64,000 bases of DNA from the human T2T-CHM13v2.0 reference genome, Homo sapiens (GCF_009914755.1 NC_060925.1); one strand, 5' to 3'. Positions 1 to 15,819 are shown, counted from the first letter of the stretch. The notes: a model not told the origin generated them from the letters alone. Made by a program: numbers and translations.

Positions 1-127
1 CTCCCTCAGCTTCTCTGCTGCTGCCGGCTGGCCTCAAGATTTTGCCTCTCTTTGGTTCTCTGAGAAGTTTTACCAAGAGAAGAGACAGGAGGAGAGATCC
101 AGCCTGGACTATTGTTTGTGGGGTGTG

Positions 128-130
<3 letters not shown>

Positions 131-172
<42 letters not shown>
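131..172. repeat. (GT)21 microsatellite
   Basis: Uninterrupted GT run; source of the VCVC/HTHT ORFs. Confidence 0.97.
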
Positions 173-175
<3 letters not shown>

Positions 176-2159
176 CGTGTATGTATCCCGCGAGGCTGGA
201 GCCACAGCTTCCCTGATGAACCATGGAGGCGGGCCAGCTCCTGAGCTGCGGTTGCCCTGGAGACCCACCTAAGCCTCTTTGCCTGGAGCAGCATTATCTG
301 TAGAGGGAGTGGCTGATCTGACACAAAAGCCTGAGGCGACCCAGGCCCAGGCAGTGAGGGAGCACTTGTGTCCAGATGGCATTCTGTCCGCTTCCTCCTC
401 CAGCCGGTGCTCAGTGTGGCACAAACTGGGCAAGACCATTCTCACCCAACCCTCTGCTGAGCCCTAGGTGTACCTGCTGTTGGCAAATGTTTCCAGCTGC
501 CTGGTGGGTGGCTCCTGGATGGAGATCCCCTCTTTCTATCAGCTCCCTCCTACAGGGAAGGGGTGATTCTGGGTGCTGAGGACAGGGACCTGTGAAGATA
601 CATCTCCGCCTTTGCCCCACCACATCCCTTGCCTGTCTTCCTCTCTGCTTATCTAAATTATTTCCTTCCCTCAAGGCAAGCTCAAGAGCAGACAGTTCTG
701 ACTTTCAGAAGGAGGGGCTGTCCAGGGAGAAGAGGAACATGGAACAGAAAGCATTGACGTTGAGGTATTTGAGATAACATTTGGGGATAGCAGAAGCATC
801 CTGTTGCTGTTCTGCAGCATCCCACACTCATGTCTGGGCCTCCTTCCTGTCTCTGCTCTCTGGTCACGCTGTCACTTGTAGACTGTTCTGCCTAGAAGCC
901 ATGTGTGGGCCAGCTTGCACCTAACAGACATTAGGTAGCACTAAAACAGATGCACGCTGCCCTGTGAGGGGCATGGGAATACTGTAATGGGCATGAAGCT
1001 GCATTATAATAGATCTTAGGTAATCCTGTGCTGGGTGATAGCGTGACTTTTGCACACATCTGGTTTTGATTGTGTTGGAAATAAAGCAGAAAGTACAACC
1101 AAGAATAAATTAAACAATGGCTGATGAAATGGACTCAGGTTGCCCACCTGCCTGCCTGCATGATTTCGTCCCTGGGTGATTTGTCACTTCGTGCTTGCTC
1201 TGTGGCTGGTTCCACTCAGCTGGTTCCATCCGCCTTCCCTCTTCATCCATCAAGCAGGCAAGATTCTTGAGTCAGGAGTTGGATCATATACTTCTCTTGA
1301 CCAGTTCACAGCACGACAGCCCCAAAGATTGAGTGGGTCACTTGGGGATGGAAGATCCCCACATTTGAGGGAGCTGAAGCTGACTTCCTCTGACCCACAG
1401 TTCCCAGGCGGCCTCCACCTCAGGGCCAGCTAAGGCCAGAGTCACCCAAAGCAGGTAACTGGGAGTCCCCACCTCTGAGCACCCCACCACTATCCTGGCA
1501 CTTTCCCAAGGGGCGTGGCTTGGAGGTCCAAGGGCAGAAATTCCCAGGCATTTCCACACTGTAGGGAAGGGAGCAGGGGGATGACAAGACTTTACCTTCC
1601 CTTTAGGAAAGTTGCTGGAGGCAATGAGGAGAGGAGGGCATGGACTAAGTCACATGCTCATCTGTGCAGCACGTATTTCTAAAGCACCATTCTACAGGGG
1701 CACCAAGCTAGGAGCTGGCTGAGCCTGGCTCTCCTCTCTGCACACATCCCAGCCAAGCCTGTGTGTGCTGGATTGCTGGATCAGATGAGGAGGAGGTGGA
1801 AGTCTGGCAGGCAGGTGGGGAGCAGGGACAGCATTAGGGCCCAGAGTTAAAGACTTTTATCTCCAAGTAGTACAACCTTGGGTCTGCTACTGACCATTCT
1901 GTGTTTGAATAAAAACAATTCATCCCTTTTCTATAGCCATGCTTTTGTATTAATATCTCCCCTTCTAATGCACACACAATGAATGTAAATGAGATCATAG
2001 AGGCCAATGTCTTGAGCCATCAGAAAGATTTTGTCGCAGCAGCTGCCAGATGAGCTTCAGGACTCCTGACCCTGGGATGCCAGGGAACAAGCACACAGAC
2101 GACTTATAGCAGTCTCCCTGGCAGACGCAGCTGGCCCCTCTCCTGCATTTTTCAAATGG

Positions 2160-2700
2160 TGCCTGTGATTAGAAGAGGGAGGCACTCCCTAACCCACGAC
2201 CCTCCCTGACAGCTGCCTTGATACCGTAACTCACAGGCCTTGGTGGGTGTGTTGACTCCTCATTTATTCTGATTTGTTCACCTGTGGAGGATTTGTGATT
2301 ATCCTTGCTGAGTGTGAATTTGCTCTGGGGAGAAAAGGTGGCGGTTGTTTTTCTCTTGTTTGGCGTGGATGGAAGTTGCTGAAGCATAGATATTCAGCAA
2401 CCATCAAATGCAGAAACACCGGTGGGGCCCGCAACATTGCCTCATAGATGGCATTTGATTAATAAATTGGAAATGTGGAGTTATGAGGTGATTACATGCA
2501 AGGCTGGATTAAAATCCGCATGGAGATTAGAGATAAGCCCCGGCTCTGCGTGCGTGTGTGTGTGTGTGTGTGTGTGTGCACGCGCGCGCTCCATTCTCTC
2601 CTCCCTGGAGTCTTTCCAGGCTATTTCAAACCATTTCTAACCACTCAGTCATGCGTTGGGTTTTCCAAATCCTGCAGAAGGTCTGTGTAGCCCTAATCCC
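2160..2700. promoter_or_regulatory. Candidate enhancer with clustered K50-homeodomain (TAATC/GATTA) motifs
   Basis: GATTA at 2167, 2297, 2457, 2490, 2507, 2525 and TAATCC at 2694, in sequence with no recognisable interspersed repeat; also TGACAGCTG and AGATAAG. Confidence 0.35.
2547..2589. repeat. (TG)n-(CG)n alternating purine/pyrimidine tract, Z-DNA prone
   Basis: 43 bp of strict RY alternation ending in CACGCGCGCGC. Confidence 0.9.
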
Positions 2701-2819
2701 AAAGAAGTTGAATTAAATGGACAGAATATTCATAGGTACAGACCAGATTTGCAGTTACTTAGACCTCTTCTCTCTGGGCATCCCTCTTTCTATTCCTGTG
2801 GTCACATTTCCTCTCCAGG

Positions 2820-3172
2820 TGCTACAGACTGAATGTTGTGTCCTCCCCAAAATTCAATCTTGAATCTCCCAAGGTGATGGTTAGGAGGTGGGACCTTTCG
2901 GATGTGATTAGGTCGTAAGAGGGGAGCCCTCAGGAATGAGATTACTGCCCTTGTGAAATGGTCTCAGGGAGCTTTTTGGCCCTTCTACCACGTGAGGACA
3001 CTGTGAGAAGATGCCTCCATCAACTAGGAAGTGGGCTTTCAGCAGACACTGAATCTACTGGCACCTTGATCTTGGACTTCCCAGCCTCCAGAGCTGTGAG
3101 AAATAAATTTCTGTCATTTATAAGTCACCAGTTTACGGTATTCTGTAATAGAAGCCTGAATGGACTCAGACA
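2820..3172 (+). mobile_element. MLT1A0-type MaLR solo LTR
   Basis: TGCTACAGACTGAATG...AATAAATTTCTG...GGACTCAGACA; perfect 5-bp TSD CCAGG (2815-2819 / 3173-3177). Confidence 0.9.
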
Positions 3173-3361
3173 CCAGGTACAGGAAGCAATGTGTCTGACG
3201 GCAGGAAAAATGAGAATGCTCCCTTCCCTGCCAGCTAGCTGGGAATGAGGCATAAAGCACTTCTCATTCATTCATTCATTCACCAAGCATTTATTGGCTA
3301 TATACTCTGTCTAGACTGCACCTTGACACTCCATTTCCATAGACTTCACTGACCACAGCTT

Positions 3362-3659
<298 letters not shown>

Positions 3660-3708
3660 TACAGCTTTTCAGTTCTGCCCTGTAGTCTGATGGACTAATG
3701 TGAGGGCC

Positions 3709-4152
3709 TGTGGCAGAAACAGCTAGCTGTCCACCAAGAGTCACATTTCTCCTCCAGAGTACATGAACATGTAGTAGACATGTTCCTAGGAAGCAGCTGT
3801 CCAGCTGGGGACTTCATTCCCCATCCCTCCTCCCATCTAGGTGGGGCCGTGTGATGATAGGGTGTAGATGGAAGGGACATGAGTCACTTCAAGGTGTGGC
3901 AGGTAGACACCCCTGTGCAACTGTCCACCTTCCACCTTTCCCCTTTGCTGATCGTCAGCCAGGACTCTGAGGCCCTCAGGGGTGGGGGAGACACAGTTTT
4001 GAAGGCGTTTAGGTCCCTCAATCACTTCATGAAAAGCTGCTCACCCATCATTCATGTTGAACTCTAATGTGTGCAAAAAATCATATGCTTGTTGGGTCAA
4101 AGCACTGAGTTGGGGTTTCTCTGTAATAGCAGTTGGCACCACCCAGCTCACA
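3709..4152 (+). mobile_element. Old MaLR LTR (MLT1I/J-like)
   Basis: Starts TGTGGCAGAAACAGCTAGCTGTCC; MLT1-like 3' end (AGCACTGAGTTGGGGTTTCTCTGTAATAGCAG). Confidence 0.65.
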
Positions 4153-4436
4153 AAAAACCCTGTGAAAAGGGGTGGGTGTGGAAGTGCTGCCCTTTCCTAG
4201 GTTCCTGGACATCAGGGCTCTTCCTGACATGTTCGCCGCTGGTTTTTTCACCATCACCTTAAAGACATTACTTCATCCCCTGTTGTCTCATGCCCCTGTG
4301 CATGGTGCCCACTCTACCCAGAGTCCCCTCCTACCTGGGGAAGTTAACTTACCCCTCAAAGTTTAGCTTCATGGTAACCGCTTTGTGAATTATCCTCTGT
4401 CTGCTGCTCCCTCCTCTCCACTCTGAAGCCTCATTC

Positions 4437-5606
<1,170 letters not shown>

Positions 5607-5617
5607 TACTCATAGTA

Positions 5618-5682
5618 TTAGATTGCTGTAAGAGTAATTGCGGTTTTTCCCATTAAAAGTAATTACTTTTGCGCCAACCTAA
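5618..5682. mobile_element. MADE1 (Hsmar1 MITE), internally deleted
   Basis: TTAGATTGCTGTAAGAGTAATTGCGG...AATTACTTTTGCGCCAACCTAA flanked by TA/TA; 65 bp versus 80 bp consensus. Confidence 0.9.
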
Positions 5683-7102
5683 TACTTTTGTGGTCATTCT
5701 AGACATGTAGAAAAATGTTAGTGACCTGATGGACTTGTTCCCTGCTGAGCTTGAACAAGGCACGCTCTGCCTTCTTGTTTCAGCTCTCATGATCTTAAGT
5801 GTCCTTTTCACAGTCTATTTAGTGCCCACTTTTCATACTTTGTGCTTTTTATTGGTGATTTTGATATCGAAAATGGCCCCAAAAGTAGTGCTGAAGGGCC
5901 TTCTAGTGTTCCTAAGTGCAAGGAGGCAGTGACACGCTTTACTACATGAGTTAGATCAGCTTCCTTCAGGCCTGACTTAGCACTGCTGGCGGTGAGTTCA
6001 GTGCTAATGAATCAACAATATAGAGTAAATAAGGTGTCTTTCAATAGAAATGCACATAAAACAAGGTTATGTATTGGTCAGCTGACAAAAATGTCATGAC
6101 CAGAGGCTTCAGGAACCTCATCCAGGACGAGGACTGAACTTCACCCTGTATTTCCCCTAGGAGCAATGGTTCAGTGTTTGCTAATTCACAACTTTATAGA
6201 TAATAACTACTGTGAATAACAAGAATTGGCTGTGCTTCACACCATTTCCTGAGCATTTAATCAGCATCCCTGCAGAAGAAGAGCTCCCCAAGGTCAAGGA
6301 GATCAAGCCCCAGCACACGGTAAAAGCTAAGTTCGTGTTTGCTGTACCCACAGAGAACGCATTAGCCAGAGTGACTGGGCTTGGTCTCTGTGTTAAACAA
6401 ATGCCGTGGACTTGCTCCCCACTCTCCTGAACCTGAAAGAGCCCCAAGAGACGTAATGTCACAGGCTCAAGGACCACAGACAACAGATGTAAGGAAGGCA
6501 GGAATGGACTGTGGGGTGCCGAGGTCACCTAGAAGTTCAAGGATGCACATTCCAGGGGAGGTGAGGAGGACATGTCACTATTAGAGGGCGGTGGAGAGCC
6601 TGGGTATTCTCCATCCAGCTCCAAGCAGTGGAGGCGTAAGACAGTCAGAACCTCCCTTCTGCTCAACCTGGAAGTGCTTCTGGAACAAGGTAGAATAATG
6701 GGAAATCAATGGGAAGAGGGAGTCAGCCATGCGGTGTTGCATTAGAGCCAAGAAAACCTGAAGTGGCACAAGCTGCACTGGGCCCTTTTGGGAGGGCTGA
6801 TGAGGCTGTAGAGGGGATGTGCTGGGGCCTGGGAAGGAAAGAGATGCTATTCGTGGATAATGTGGTAGAAGGAGTGACTCTGTGGAATTAAACACACACA
6901 TGGCTCAGGTGAACCTGGATGTCACATGTGGATCTTAACAGATTCTCACATCAGTTCCCAAAGAAGAAGGCTGGTGAGTCCAGAGCAATGAAGCAGCCTG
7001 GCAGAGTCCATCTCCTGGCTACCAGAAGCCACCTGGACTTGGTGTGGAGAATGAAGGAGAGAGGGGAATTATCAGGAAATTCTGACTCTGGCAGCTGAGT
7101 TG

Positions 7103-7330
7103 ATGGCAGTGAGAAGTGGCGTCCAGGACTGGGACTGAGCCCCACGGTGGTGAGACATGGCGTCCAGGAGGAGGACTGAGCCAATGGTGATGAGACATGG
7201 CGTCCAGGAGGAGGACTAAGCCCATGGCAGTGAGACACAGCGTCCAGGAGGAAGACTGAGCCAGTGGTGGTGAGACGTGGTGTCCAGGAGGAGGACTGAA
7301 CCCATGGCAGTGAGATACTGCGTCCAGGAG
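7103..7330. repeat. 40-bp minisatellite, ~5.7 copies
   Basis: TGAGA(C/T) recurs at 7151, 7191, 7231, 7271, 7311; core GTCCAGGAGGAGGACTGA. Confidence 0.95.
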
Positions 7331-7859
7331 AAGTAGATTGGAGGGGAAGCAGAGTGTGTCTTTGGCTTGGTGGAGGTGGAGGAGGAGACTTCATGGCTCC
7401 AGGGAGGAGAGGCTCCTGGACCAGCTCCATATGCAGAAGAAAGGGTTTGGCTAAAGCACACACCTGGAGGCCATCGAGGTGGTGTTCCGATCCCTGGGCC
7501 CTGGCCAAATTCCAGACTCTGTTAAACAAGGAGCATGTGAGCATTTAAGAAAGGATGTGGAGATCATGTGGCATTAGCAGATGTTCACTGTCAACAGGTC
7601 AGGGGAAGCCACCCCCAAAGATGCCATGAGAAAGCATGGCCAGGGACAGTTGCAATGCCTCTGTGCCCTCATCACATCCCCTCATCCCTCCTCTGCCTAC
7701 AGGGCAGCTCTGGCAGGCCGTTCTGTTTGAGATCAGGGGTTCCTGTAATTGATAGCATCCCAGCTCAAGCTCACAGCCACCTTTTCACTCTCTGCCCTCT
7801 GAGGCCAGGGAAGCCCACTGGGCCCATGTGCAAGTGTGGTCCTGAAGTGTAAGTGGTTC

Positions 7860-8165
7860 ATGTCACCAGGACAATCTTCATTTGGGAGACAGGAACCAGA
7901 AGATACATACTCCACACTCCTGTCCACCACATGGACAGTTCTGGAAGGCTGCCGTTACAGTTCTTGAGAGGTGCCACACAATCAGACACTGTGGCTGTGT
8001 TGCTCCCATCAGTGACCTTGATAACACACCCTATGATGACTTTCCTCCTTCCTGTCTCACTCTCCTTGCACTCTCGTTTCTGCTTCCTGGACTGCCTCCC
8101 AAGTCCTGGAAGCTATACCCAAGTCCTTGTTCCAGCATCTGCTTCTGGGAAAAGCAGAGAGGAAA
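7860..8165 (+). mobile_element. ERVL LTR fragment (LTR16/LTR33-like)
   Basis: CCTTCCTGTCTCACTCTCC...CTGCTTCCTGGACTGCCTCCCAA...CCCAAGTCCTTG...CTGCTTCTGGG 3' end. Confidence 0.5.
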
Positions 8166-8179
8166 TATGAAGAATATAG

Positions 8180-8489
8180 GGAGCCAAGCACCGTGGCTCA
8201 TGCCTGTAATCCTGGCACTTTGAGAGGCCAAGGTGGGCAGATCACCTGAGGTCAGGAGTTTGAGACCAGCCTGGCAAACATGGTGAAACCCCATCCCTAC
8301 AAAAAATACAAAGATCAGCTGGGTGTTGCAGTGCACACCTGTAATCCCAGCTACTCCGGGAGGCTGAGGCAGGAGAATCATTTGAACCCAGGAAGTGGAG
8401 GAAGTTGCAGTGAGCCGAGATAGCATCACTGCTCACTGCAATCTAACTTGGGCAACAGAGCAAGACTGTCAAAAAAAAAAAAAAAAAAG
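8180..8489 (+). mobile_element. AluS
   Basis: Full Alu, poly(A), TSD AAGAATAYAGGG. Confidence 0.95.
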
Positions 8490-9890
8490 AATACAGGGTG
8501 ATCTGCGATGTTAAATGCCAAGAGGTCCAGTAGAATGATGGCCCAGGAAGGGGCATTTGCAACAGGGAAGGGGGTGCAGGTTACTGGAGACACTGCCACT
8601 GGAGCTCGGAAGTGGGCCCAGTACTCCCAGGGCTACCCTACTGAGGACATAGAGTCTGCTCTTGCTTGTGTGATTCTTTACACAAGTGCAGCACCTCCAT
8701 CATTCTCCAGGGAGTATTCCTAAACCAGAAGGTGCTGAAAGCTTTAGAGAAGAGCTGAACAGAGAGGTGTTCACTGCACCTGCACAGCATGGTAAACTCC
8801 AGCAATTACCCTTGGACGCTGACTCTCTCCACAGTCTCTCCCTCCAGCCATCACCAGGTTCCCCCTTTACTGACACCCCTTCCCTGTGGCTCCTGCCCCC
8901 CTACTCCTGGATCTCCCTTCTCCACACAGCCAGCGACCTCTCTCAGCAGCCACCTCTCTGAGGGCTGGGCTCGGATGTGAATGATGTTGAGACGTGAGCC
9001 ACAGCGGTGAGGCCCAAGGTCCTCAGTTCCCCTGTCCTCTATGGGGTTCCCACATCAGTAACCTGCTTCCTCCCACAGCGCCTTTCTATAGAGAAGACAG
9101 GCCAGGGACAAGAGTCTGGCTGCTCTAACGTGATCCTTCCCCAGAAGTCAGAGGGGAGACCTTGCTGCTGGCACGAGGAGGACTGAACAATTCTTTGTGG
9201 AAGCTTTTCCCCCAGCGTGTTCTCTGATAGACCCATAAGCAGCTGGAATCCTACCCCCTAGGAACTCTGAGTGCTCTGTTTTTCATTCACCACATCCAGC
9301 CTCCCTGCACACTAGCCCCATATTCATTTCCTCAACAAAGGTTTACTAGGCATGTACTTAGTGCCAGCCCCAGGGCCTGGCACCAAGGGTGGAGCTGGAG
9401 AGGGAAGGCCCACCTGTGACTGCATGGGGCTCCCAGCCAGAGGAGGAGGACAGGCTGTGTGCAGTAGGGCTGGGAGCTGTGCAGAAACCCAGAGATGCCC
9501 CTGGAAGGTGTCCCCTGCCTCCTGGCTCCCACTCCCTCACCATACACCCCGTTCTTTCATCCCTGGGTGCTCTACTAAGAATCCTGAAACAGTAGAGCAA
9601 TGGGGAGCTTCGATACCCTTTACTCCCACACCTGCTGAGATCACGGACTCAGAAGAGGCTAGCAACTTGCTCATTTAGCACAGCAAGTGAGTAACAAAGC
9701 CAGGACAATAGCCTATGTTCTTTTTGTTCCAAACCATTGCCCTGCCCACTGCTGACCTTGTGGCATCAGCAAATCAGATAGAAGCCTCTGGGCCCATATA
9801 GTCTATGCCTCACTCATGAACACCAAACACATCTCATTTTCTGTGCTCGACAAGGGTAAGCGCTTTTATCTGGAGGAGATGATGAGGTAG

Positions 9891-9892
<2 letters not shown>

Positions 9893-9936
<44 letters not shown>
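9893..9936. repeat. (TG)22 microsatellite
   Basis: Pure TG run. Confidence 0.97.
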
Positions 9937-9938
<2 letters not shown>

Positions 9939-10396
9939 CATCTGCGTGCGCATTTTGGGTGGAATTCCGTGTTATTTCTCTTCTCACAGTCCTGGAAGGC
10001 TGCTTAAAGAGGAAGCATTTTGGCAGTCTTCCAAATGACAGCTTGTTCTTGGAGGGCTGAGCAAGGGGGGACCCCAGGGGATGTGAGTGGGATGTCACTG
10101 CATGTCCCCGAGGCTGGGCACCTCCCTGTGTAAGACCCCATGCTGGCTGCTGGAAATTGCCAGAAGGCAGCGGCAGGTTCTCCAGGGTTCCTTTCACCAG
10201 TGTCCTTAGCTCTTTTCCTGGAAGATAAATTGAAGGCATCTTAACTTCTTTCTGCTTGCCAAACAACCTGTCAAGGAGGAAGAAAGAACAGAACCATCTG
10301 CTTAACCGGTGGTGACCCATGCTTCTCTCTGGGGCAAGAGGCTTCTTTCGCTTCTGGGCCAAAGCTAAGTGCTTGTGAAAGCTGCCAGATGCTTGG

Positions 10397-10816
10397 TGTT
10401 CTGCGGTGGGCAGGTCTGTGCAAACCTACCCCCAAAGACCCAGGAAAGAGGCCTACAAATCCAGTTTCTCAGGAAGAAACGTTTATTTTATTAGGGACTT
10501 ACAAACAGAAGCCACGTCGCAGGCAGCGTTGAGAGGAACAGTGGATCCCTGCACCATTATCCCCCAAAACCAGGACTTATCTACTGTAGGGAAGAAATGT
10601 GTAGGACAATTGAAGTTGACCCCTCAGGGAAAGGCAAGAATGCTATGTGAGTCTGCCTAAGGGCAGGATTCATGGTCAAGGTTGCTTTGACCTAAGGGCA
10701 GGATTTAAGGTAACAGCAGATGAAGTAGAAATCTTAGAGTCATTCCTGGAACAGGGGTTAATCAGAAGTCAAGATAGCATGTCAGCTTCCAAGATGGAGC
10801 TGATTTAGCCTCCACA
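10397..10816 (-). mobile_element. LTR47-type solo LTR
   Basis: Minus strand begins TGTGGAGGCTAAATCAGCTCCATCTTGGAAGC, ends ...CCCACCGCAGAACA; AATAAA on the minus strand. Confidence 0.7.
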
Positions 10817-11964
10817 TGGAGTCGCTGGAAACCTCATGGGGAGGAAACCAGAAACAGAAATGGAAAAACTAGATTTTGTCCAACAATGGAGGAACCACGT
10901 AGAAAGTACAGTGCATCAATATCCCAGACTATGCAGCCACGAGACAATACTTGTGACAAAACTGGCTTCTAGCTTCCCATCCTGTGAAAAACAGCAGAAC
11001 CCCCATGGTGCACCCACTGTATGCAGGTGGACAGAGCCAGGGAGGAAAGGGTCACAGAAGAAAACATTTTTGTCATGGTGGAATTAACTTATTACCCCAG
11101 GTGGAAAAATGACTGCATGTGTGCTGGGATCCTTTTCAAATGTTCAAATTATTTTTTTTTTTAAATCCAGAGTATAATATAAAAAGGACTCTGCAAGGAA
11201 TAGAGGAGTTTATTCATTTACCTTCTAGCTGGCAGCTTCCCCACTTCCAGAGTTCGCCTATTTTCTTGACATATATGAAGCTCAGAGAAAATCAGTTTCT
11301 TTTGAACTTGTACGTTTCTTCAAAGGGTAGAGCAATTTGAACTCCCTGCCTATTGTGGTTTTCTTAACAAGCCAAAAAGGACACAACACATAATGCTTAA
11401 ATCTGCAAGTACAAAAGCCTCTTCTTGGATTTAAAGTTGGGAAACATCTCCTGGGGAAAGTGTAACTATTAACGCAAAGTATTTGGTATTCACTGTACTG
11501 GAGGAGAAAAAGTTCTATACAACCATACTTCTGGAACCTGACCTATCTGTTTAATTACTTCACCAAAGAAGTGTTTAACCCTCTGCAAATCCAACTTCGT
11601 AATTTATCAGTCCAGTCGCTGTGCCTATGAGGAAACATAAATTGCAATCATCTTGCATTTGCACAGCAGCCACCAACTTACAGAGCACTTTCACATCTTT
11701 TGGTCCATTTCATTCACGAACACTCATCTTCCCGCCCCAGAGCCCAGTGAGGAGGGCAGGGTAAATTCCTGTGGTGCTGGAGCTGTGAATAACTAATCTA
11801 ATCTGTGGAACACAGCTCCTGCCCTCTCCTGGCTTACCCTCTGAGTTCAGGAAGCCTCAGGAACTGTTTGCTCCTTGATATCTGGGAAGTGTTGCACAGA
11901 GCAGTTCTCACCCTTGTGGGAGCCTGGCGTAGAGGCAGAAGGCCTTACAGATACAGAGTGGGGC

Positions 11965-12170
11965 TCTTCGGAGACCCACCTCTTTGAGTTCAAATCTAGA
12001 TTTAGCATATGTTTGCCGTGTGATTCTAGGTTTGTGTCCCAACTTCTCTGAACCTCAGCTATAATTTGGAGGTAATAATACCTTCCTTTGTAGGGTTGTT
12101 GTGAGCATTAAAGGAGATAAGTCTGGGAAGCATCTTGTCCAGTGCCCTGCTCAGAATATCCCCTAAATAA
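11965..12170 (+). mobile_element. MIR
   Basis: GAGTTCAAATC...CTTCTCTGAACCTCAG...GGGTTGTTGTGAGCATTAAAGGAGATAA core. Confidence 0.7.
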
Positions 12171-13274
<1,104 letters not shown>

Positions 13275-14821
13275 TACCGAATGTTTAATATGCTTCCACT
13301 GTTGTCCACCCAGGCTCTTATTTGCTTGTGCAAGCCCAGCAATGTGGGGACATAAATGTAGGGACACAGAGTGAAGCTGGCGGCCACTTCCTGGGCTGTT
13401 TGGCCAGCATAGCTTTGAAGGTTTCTATTTTGAATGCCCTTGGGATGCTGTCTCTGCTTTGTCCCCTCCTTATCTTCTCATACCTACTACTTCACACATC
13501 TAGGAGCCTTGTGGCTCCTGAAGGTGAGTCTACAACCTCTCCACAGACACTCATGTCATTTACATAGGTGCTCGGTTTCTCTAATGGGAAGAGAGAGGAA
13601 AGGGCCAAATTCTTTCTGAGACCCTCTGCAAGGCCACTGGCACACACCAACCCATTTAGCTCTCACAGTAACCCCATGCTGGTGTTCTTACTATCCTCAT
13701 TTTGTCAAGGAGGAAACTGAAGTTCAGGGAGTCATTGTTGGATATATTGGAGCTAAAACTGGCAGATCCTAAAGGCCAGGTCCTTGGTGTAACACCAGGG
13801 ACCCGGAGCCATCACCTGTGAATCTGGTGCAGGTAGACAGACATCCCCAGGGGCTGATGGAACAGAGGAGAAAGCCTTGTTCTTATGGAGCTTGGACCTG
13901 TGGCCAGGGCTCCATTTACATTCCTTTTGAGAAATGGAGCCATCCTTTGGCACACACCCACCCCCATGCACCCTGACCTGGAGCCCTGTTGTCCACAGAA
14001 CTGCCCAGTGGGCACCTGAGTCAACCAAGAATGGACTCTGGGGGACAGCACCCCCCTCACATCAGGATCCTATTGGTGCTTCACCTCCTACATCCATAGC
14101 TCTTCCTTGATCATAGCTCACTGGAGCAAACTCAACCACCCCCAGCTCCTGTGTTTGAGGGCCTGGGGGCAGAGCAGGGTCAATTGCACTGCTCAGATTG
14201 ATCTGTTGACCCCTGAGACTCTTACCTGTTTATGTGGAAGTCAGGTGTCACGGAGCACACCTGAGGGAGAGCCTATCGCTGCTGTTCAGAAGGCTCAGCT
14301 GTGCGTCTCTTGCCTGGCCCTCAGTCCCCAAAGGCACCTGAGCTGGTAAACATGGCAACAGAAGTCACCTGCCCTCATTACCTGGCCCCATTTTCCACTC
14401 AAACATCTCTTCCTCACCAGCCAAACAGATACAAAGATGCTCAAGCTTTGGGCTCCAGCTGGGAGACCAGGTTATTCTACATATCACGTGCAACAGCCCC
14501 TCTGACCCTCAGGATCCACTGAGGCCTCACTGCACAAGGGCCTGGCAGGGACCCACAAACCCTCCCTCACTTCTTTAGGGTCCTGAAATTGGTGGTATTA
14601 AATTATTCTAGTTTATAATCCACCTTCTTCCAAAAAACTCCCTGATGCCTAATAGGCATTATGATACATTAATGAAAGTACTGGCTACTCTGAACGCACT
14701 GCCTATGGGCTAGTTCTGCTCTCCAAGGAACAATCAAATAAAAAATGTTTTTAAAAGTATTTACTTACATTTAAAAATATGTGTAATACAAGATCAAATT
14801 AAATTTTTTTTAAATGGATGT

Positions 14822-15536
<715 letters not shown>

Positions 15537-15819
15537 TCAGGTATGGGCAGAAATGTACAAGGCAAACCTGGAACATCATCTATTACATAGCAAGGAAACC
15601 ATCAAAGACTTCTAGGGTCTACAGATCAGATGATAATGCTGAATCACTGTTGATTTTTTAACTTGGAAGATTGCGTTGTGTATGGTCTTGCAGGAGAGTG
15701 CCCTTCTTTTGGGGAGAAGTACACACTTGAGTATTTAAGGGCTATGAGGTATTTTGTCTTCACCTTGCTCTCAAATCATTCAGAAAAAGACTAATGACAA
15801 TGGGATATATATAGAAATA

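Noticed and set aside
5618-5682. miR-548-family precursor
   Set aside because: Internal 15-bp deletion and several arm mismatches weaken the hairpin; no expression evidence.
7103-7330. Repeat with a conserved core and variable blocks resembling a CRISPR array
   Set aside because: The variable blocks are homologous to each other, the DNA is primate and there are no cas genes: a minisatellite.
6951-7544. 197-aa minus-strand ORF with repeated SSSWTP / LLLDA / SPPPGRH motifs
   Set aside because: Produced by the 40-bp VNTR cycling through frames; no protein-family features.
9814-10362. 182-aa minus-strand ORF
   Set aside because: Non-ATG start, runs through a (CA)n tract, no recognisable domain.
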